Virus genome (UHGV): UHGV-0085586
DNA: 17,687 nucleotides
Origin: a virus
Reading direction: 5' to 3' (one strand)
Within the stretch, counting starts at the first letter, position 1. Each line of letters begins with the position of its first letter. The position numbers were made by a program, and so were the translations under genes. Of the stretch, positions 14,656 through 17,687 are shown in pieces. The notes beneath the pieces are model-generated. The model searched no databases, had not been told where the DNA came from, and saw only the letters and a program-made list of their open reading frames with translations.

Positions 14656-15596
14656 TCACTATTACCAAAGGGCGACTGCTGACAATCAAGCAGTGGCGCG
14701 AAACATACGGACCGGGTAGCAACGTTGTACTGCCAGCAGAAGAAGCGGAAGAACTGTCACGGATTGCACTGGCATCATTGGAAGCAGATCCAGTTAAACG
14801 AGTTAACTCAGATCAGATGCACCGAGTCTGCTTAGAAGCTAATCGCTATTTAGATAAATATGACGCGATGGCGAAAGAGGTAAATAAGTTGCTTGGACGC
14901 ACCGCCCCGCCAGCGCCAGTATTTAACGGCGAATACGGTGACGCATATCAGGGCGCTCGTGAAGACCTGTCCATCTGGAAACGGCGAGCGCTTGAAGCTG
15001 ATGAGCACGTTCGGCGACTGGAGCAAATCAATGACCACATGGTGAAAGAGGCGCAGGGAGAATCACGCATGGGCGAGCCTGTAATACGTGAGCCAGCACC
15101 GGTAGTGCCTGAAGAAGCAACTCCGGAAAACGTAGAAATGCTCTCTGGCTATGTTTCAACGTACAAATTAACCGATAGCGAGCGCGATATTGCTGCCGAA
15201 ATATGGAACGCCTGCCGCGCCGCCATGCTTCAGTCCGGAAACTTTCGGGAAAACAAGAATTCGTCAACCAATAATTTTCGGGAAATCGCGGAAACGTCAA
15301 CCAACTATCCGGCAATTCCTAGTGAGGTGTTGTCCGCAATCCTGAAGGTTGCCAGGATTCGTGCCGATTTCGATGATTTTGACGGTGACAGGCGAGGTAT
15401 CGGTGATTGTCTGGATGAGGCTGAGCAAGAGCTTATCGTTACCATTAACAAATATGCCAGTCAGTTGGCAGCAGAACCTATAGCGCCTAATGACGTTCGA
15501 GAGCAGACAGCCATTCCACAAGTTCCGGTAACTCCGGATGGTTGGATAAGCTGTAGTGAGCGAATGCCGGACGACAGGCAGGAGGTGAATCAATGA
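14652..15596 (+). CDS. Hypothetical protein (314 aa), C-terminus resembling the start of a DUF551-type motif
   Basis: ATG 14652 overlaps the upstream stop (ATGA). Ends ...TPDGWISCSERMPDDRQEVNQ; the GW-I-S...E-R-x-P pattern resembles the beginning of DUF551 as I recall it, but the ORF stops soon after. Confidence 0.6.
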   Translation: MITITKGRLLTIKQWRETYGPGSNVVLPAEEAEELSRIALASLEADPVKRVNSDQMHRVCLEANRYLDKYDAMAKEVNKLLGRTAPPAPVFNGEYGDAYQGAREDLSIWKRRALEADEHVRRLEQINDHMVKEAQGESRMGEPVIREPAPVVPEEATPENVEMLSGYVSTYKLTDSERDIAAEIWNACRAAMLQSGNFRENKNSSTNNFREIAETSTNYPAIPSEVLSAILKVARIRADFDDFDGDRRGIGDCLDEAEQELIVTINKYASQLAAEPIAPNDVREQTAIPQVPVTPDGWISCSERMPDDRQEVNQ

Positions 15597-15676
15597 GCTG
15601 GCCTGATGCAATCGTAACTCTGGGGGTGGTATTCGCAGCAGCGTTTGTTGTGTTCTCGATTTGTCGATGGGGATAA
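15593..15676 (+). CDS. Candidate 27-aa hydrophobic micro-protein
   Basis: ATG 15593 overlaps the upstream stop (ATGA), 7 nt after AGGAGG (15580-15585). Encodes MSWPDAIVTLGVVFAAAFVVFSICRWG; stop TAA 15674-15676. Below the track's length cutoff. Confidence 0.35.
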   Translation: MSWPDAIVTLGVVFAAAFVVFSICRWG

Positions 15677-15680
15677 CCAC

Positions 15681-15923
15681 ATGTTCGCTTTGATTCAACG
15701 CGGTCAGATATACACGGACAGAGCCGGATACCCCGTGGTGATTACTCGCATCACTGAGCACTCAGTGTTCTTTCGACGGATGGACGGACGATCCGGGCGG
15801 GTACGCATTGGTGAGTTAAACTGCCTGTTCGAACATATTGACCACCAGGAGTACCGCAAAATTCTCGCGGACACTGAGCAGGAAAAGCACCTGAAAAAAT
15901 TACGAGCCATAAAAAGGAAGTAA
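15681..15923 (+). CDS. Small conserved prophage protein (80 aa; possibly DUF4222-like)
   Basis: ATG 15681 (the track ORF starts at 15645). MFALIQRGQIYTDRAGYPVVITRITEHSVFF... Family assignment is from memory and uncertain. Confidence 0.5.
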   Translation: MFALIQRGQIYTDRAGYPVVITRITEHSVFFRRMDGRSGRVRIGELNCLFEHIDHQEYRKILADTEQEKHLKKLRAIKRK

Positions 15924-15926
15924 AGA

Positions 15927-16073
15927 ATGAATAAAGCATTTGAACGATGGGTCCACCAGCGTTACGGCAATCGCTATGACCTGACGCGAGATGTTGACGG
16001 CTTCTACTGTCGTGAAGTTGTGAAGCGAATGTTTGAAGTGTGTTGCCACTGCCGTGGGCTGAGTGTTGTGTGA
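15927..16073 (+). CDS. Candidate 48-aa Cys-rich small protein
   Basis: ATG 15927, 7 nt after AAGGAAG; encodes MNKAFERWVHQRYGNRYDLTRDVDGFYCREVVKRMFEVCCHCRGLSVV; stop TGA 16071-16073. C-x10-CCHC spacing suggests possible metal binding. Confidence 0.4.
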   Translation: MNKAFERWVHQRYGNRYDLTRDVDGFYCREVVKRMFEVCCHCRGLSVV

Positions 16074-16081
16074 GGTAATAC

Positions 16082-16318
16082 ATGGGCAATGTGATTCAAC
16101 TGGCTCCCAATGAATGGGTTTGTGAAAGCGTTCTTATCGCAATTACCGGGCTCAAACCAGGCACAATTCTTCGGGCCCGGAAAGAATGCTGGATGGTTGG
16201 AAGAGAGTATATTCACGTATCACCAGACGGTAATCCAAAGCCTTCCAGTGAATGTATGTATAACAGAAAAGCAATAGATGCCTGGGTCGCCTCAATGAAA
16301 AACAAACAACCCAGGTGA
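16082..16318 (+). CDS. Putative excisionase / small DNA-binding recombination directionality factor
   Basis: 78 aa, ATG 16082 after tgaggtaata; small basic protein immediately upstream of the integrase. Call is positional and by recollection of Rac/e14-type excisionases. Confidence 0.6.
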   Translation: MGNVIQLAPNEWVCESVLIAITGLKPGTILRARKECWMVGREYIHVSPDGNPKPSSECMYNRKAIDAWVASMKNKQPR

Positions 16319-16373
16319 TTTAATATCATGAAATATGTAAGCTCGTATCGCTCTTGGGCGTCTGGAGGTATCG

Positions 16374-17687
16374 ATGGATAAAGTCAAATATCCAACAGGC
16401 GTCGAAAACCACGGCGGCACATTACGCATCTGGTTTAATTTTAAAGGTAAACGTGTCAGGGAAAATCTTGGTGTCCCTGACACTGCCAAGAACAGGAAGA
16501 TCGCCGGGGAACTGCGGACATCAGTATGTTTTGCCATCCGCACAGGAAGCTTTGATTATGCTGCACAGTTCCCTGACTCCCCCAACCTTCAGGCTTTTGG
16601 GGTAAGTAAAAAAGAAATTACGGTGAAGGAACTTGAAGAAAAGTGGCTGGATCTGAAACGAATGGAAATCTCTGCAAATGCATTCAATCGCTATGAATCC
16701 GTTGCAAGAACGATGGTTCCGAAAATTGGAGGCAGTAGACTGGTGTCATCGGTAACCAAAGAGGAATTGCTGTATATCAGGAAAGATTTGCTTACCGGGT
16801 ATCAGAATTCAACGAAAAACAAAGCAGCAGCAAAAGGACGGAGCGTCGTTACTGTAAATTATTACATGACGACAATCGCTGGAATGTTTCAGTTTGCTGC
16901 AGATCACGGTTACTTAGAAGCAAATCCCTTCCAGGGAATTAAGCCTCTTAAAAGAGCCAGGGCAGAGCCAGATCCGCTAACTCGTGACGAATTTATTCGC
17001 CTGATAGATGCTTGCCGACATCAGCAGACGAAAAACCTGTGGTCATTGGCTGTGTACACAGGAATGCGTCACGGTGAACTGGTCTCCCTGGCCTGGGAAG
17101 ATATCGATCTGAAGGCAGGAACAATTACCATCAGGCGCAATTATACGAAACTTGGTGAGTTCACTCTACCGAAAACTGAAGCAAGCACAAACAGGGTTGT
17201 GCACCTTATCCAGCCCGCTATCAGTGTCCTGAAAAATCAGGCTGAAATGACAAGACTGGGTAAGCAGTACAACATCAAGGTGCAACTACGTGAATATGGA
17301 CGTTCAGTGAACCATGAATGTACTTTCGTGTTTAACCCTCAAGTGGTTAGAAAAAGCGAACAGGTAGGTTTTGTCTACAAAGTCGATTCTGTAGGTGACT
17401 CATGGGAAACAGCCATTAAGCGTGCAGGGATCAGGCATCGAAAGGCATACCAGTCACGACACACTTATGCGTGCTGGTCATTATCTGCCGGAGCAAACCC
17501 AAGCTTCATTGCCAGCCAGATGGGCCATGCAAGTGCCCAGATGGTATTCAATGTATACGGAGCATGGATGACTGACAGCAATGCAGAACAGATCGCAATG
17601 CTGAATCAGAAGCTGACAGATTATGTCCCAATGATGCCCCATAGTCACCAAAGTGACACCAGAGGCTTATTAAAATCAGTAAGTTAA
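16374..17687 (+). CDS. Tyrosine site-specific integrase (Rac IntR-like phage integrase)
   Basis: 437 aa; ATG 16374 after tggaggtatcg; stop TAA at the window end. Catalytic-domain motifs (...MRHGELVSLAWEDIDL..., HRKAYQSRHTYACWS, ...MVFNVYGAW...). Overall resemblance to Rac-type integrases by recollection. Confidence 0.9.
   Translation: MDKVKYPTGVENHGGTLRIWFNFKGKRVRENLGVPDTAKNRKIAGELRTSVCFAIRTGSFDYAAQFPDSPNLQAFGVSKKEITVKELEEKWLDLKRMEISANAFNRYESVARTMVPKIGGSRLVSSVTKEELLYIRKDLLTGYQNSTKNKAAAKGRSVVTVNYYMTTIAGMFQFAADHGYLEANPFQGIKPLKRARAEPDPLTRDEFIRLIDACRHQQTKNLWSLAVYTGMRHGELVSLAWEDIDLKAGTITIRRNYTKLGEFTLPKTEASTNRVVHLIQPAISVLKNQAEMTRLGKQYNIKVQLREYGRSVNHECTFVFNPQVVRKSEQVGFVYKVDSVGDSWETAIKRAGIRHRKAYQSRHTYACWSLSAGANPSFIASQMGHASAQMVFNVYGAWMTDSNAEQIAMLNQKLTDYVPMMPHSHQSDTRGLLKSVS

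Noticed and set aside
12285-15761. Several minus-strand ORFs (12285..12683, 13395..13649, 13886..14152, 15028..15315, 15297..15761) within the early-left operon
   Set aside because: Each is antisense to tightly packed, start/stop-coupled plus-strand genes; none has a convincing SD or motif.
16292-16543. 83-aa minus-strand ORF spanning the excisionase-integrase junction
   Set aside because: Overlaps the integrase start and its RBS on the opposite strand; Arg/Pro/Ser-rich translation; no SD.
1-17687. tRNA genes, attachment site core, IS elements or transposases
   Set aside because: I found no cloverleaf-like tRNA candidates and no transposase-like ORFs or terminal inverted repeats. The integrase stop coincides with the window end, so attP/attL probably lies just outside and cannot be assessed.

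Overview
The window is the early/immunity half of a lambdoid (Rac/DLP12-type mosaic) prophage of an E. coli-like enterobacterium, in inverted orientation. Left to right: a complete general porin gene (+, 1-1083) with its terminator; then on the minus strand the early-right operon read from about 9.2 kb down to 1.3 kb (small Cro-position ORF, three antirepressor-like genes, two small ORFs, O-like initiator with internal iteron origin, DnaC-like loader, DnaB-like helicase, a small ORF, a Cys/His-rich protein, and late antiterminator Q). The immunity switch is at 9.17-10.04 kb: a cI-type S24 repressor (+) flanked on both sides by repeated A(A/G)GTATCA operator-like motifs. A tightly packed plus-strand early-left operon of mostly uncharacterised accessory genes follows (10.0-16.3 kb), ending in excisionase and a tyrosine integrase. 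The strongest signal is a duplicated ~300 bp structured leader upstream of two tandem Rha-family genes. Each copy has three short elements whose complementarity is preserved by coordinated base changes between copies, as in the phage P1/P7 c4 antisense-RNA immunity system. The six-frame track fuses these leaders to the Rha genes as artificial long ORFs. Other candidates are a convergent, overlapping small-gene pair with its own promoter and leader just beyond the OL-like site, a PD-(D/E)xK-motif protein, and several strongly SD-preceded micro-ORFs. All protein family calls are from motif recognition and memory; no searches were run.
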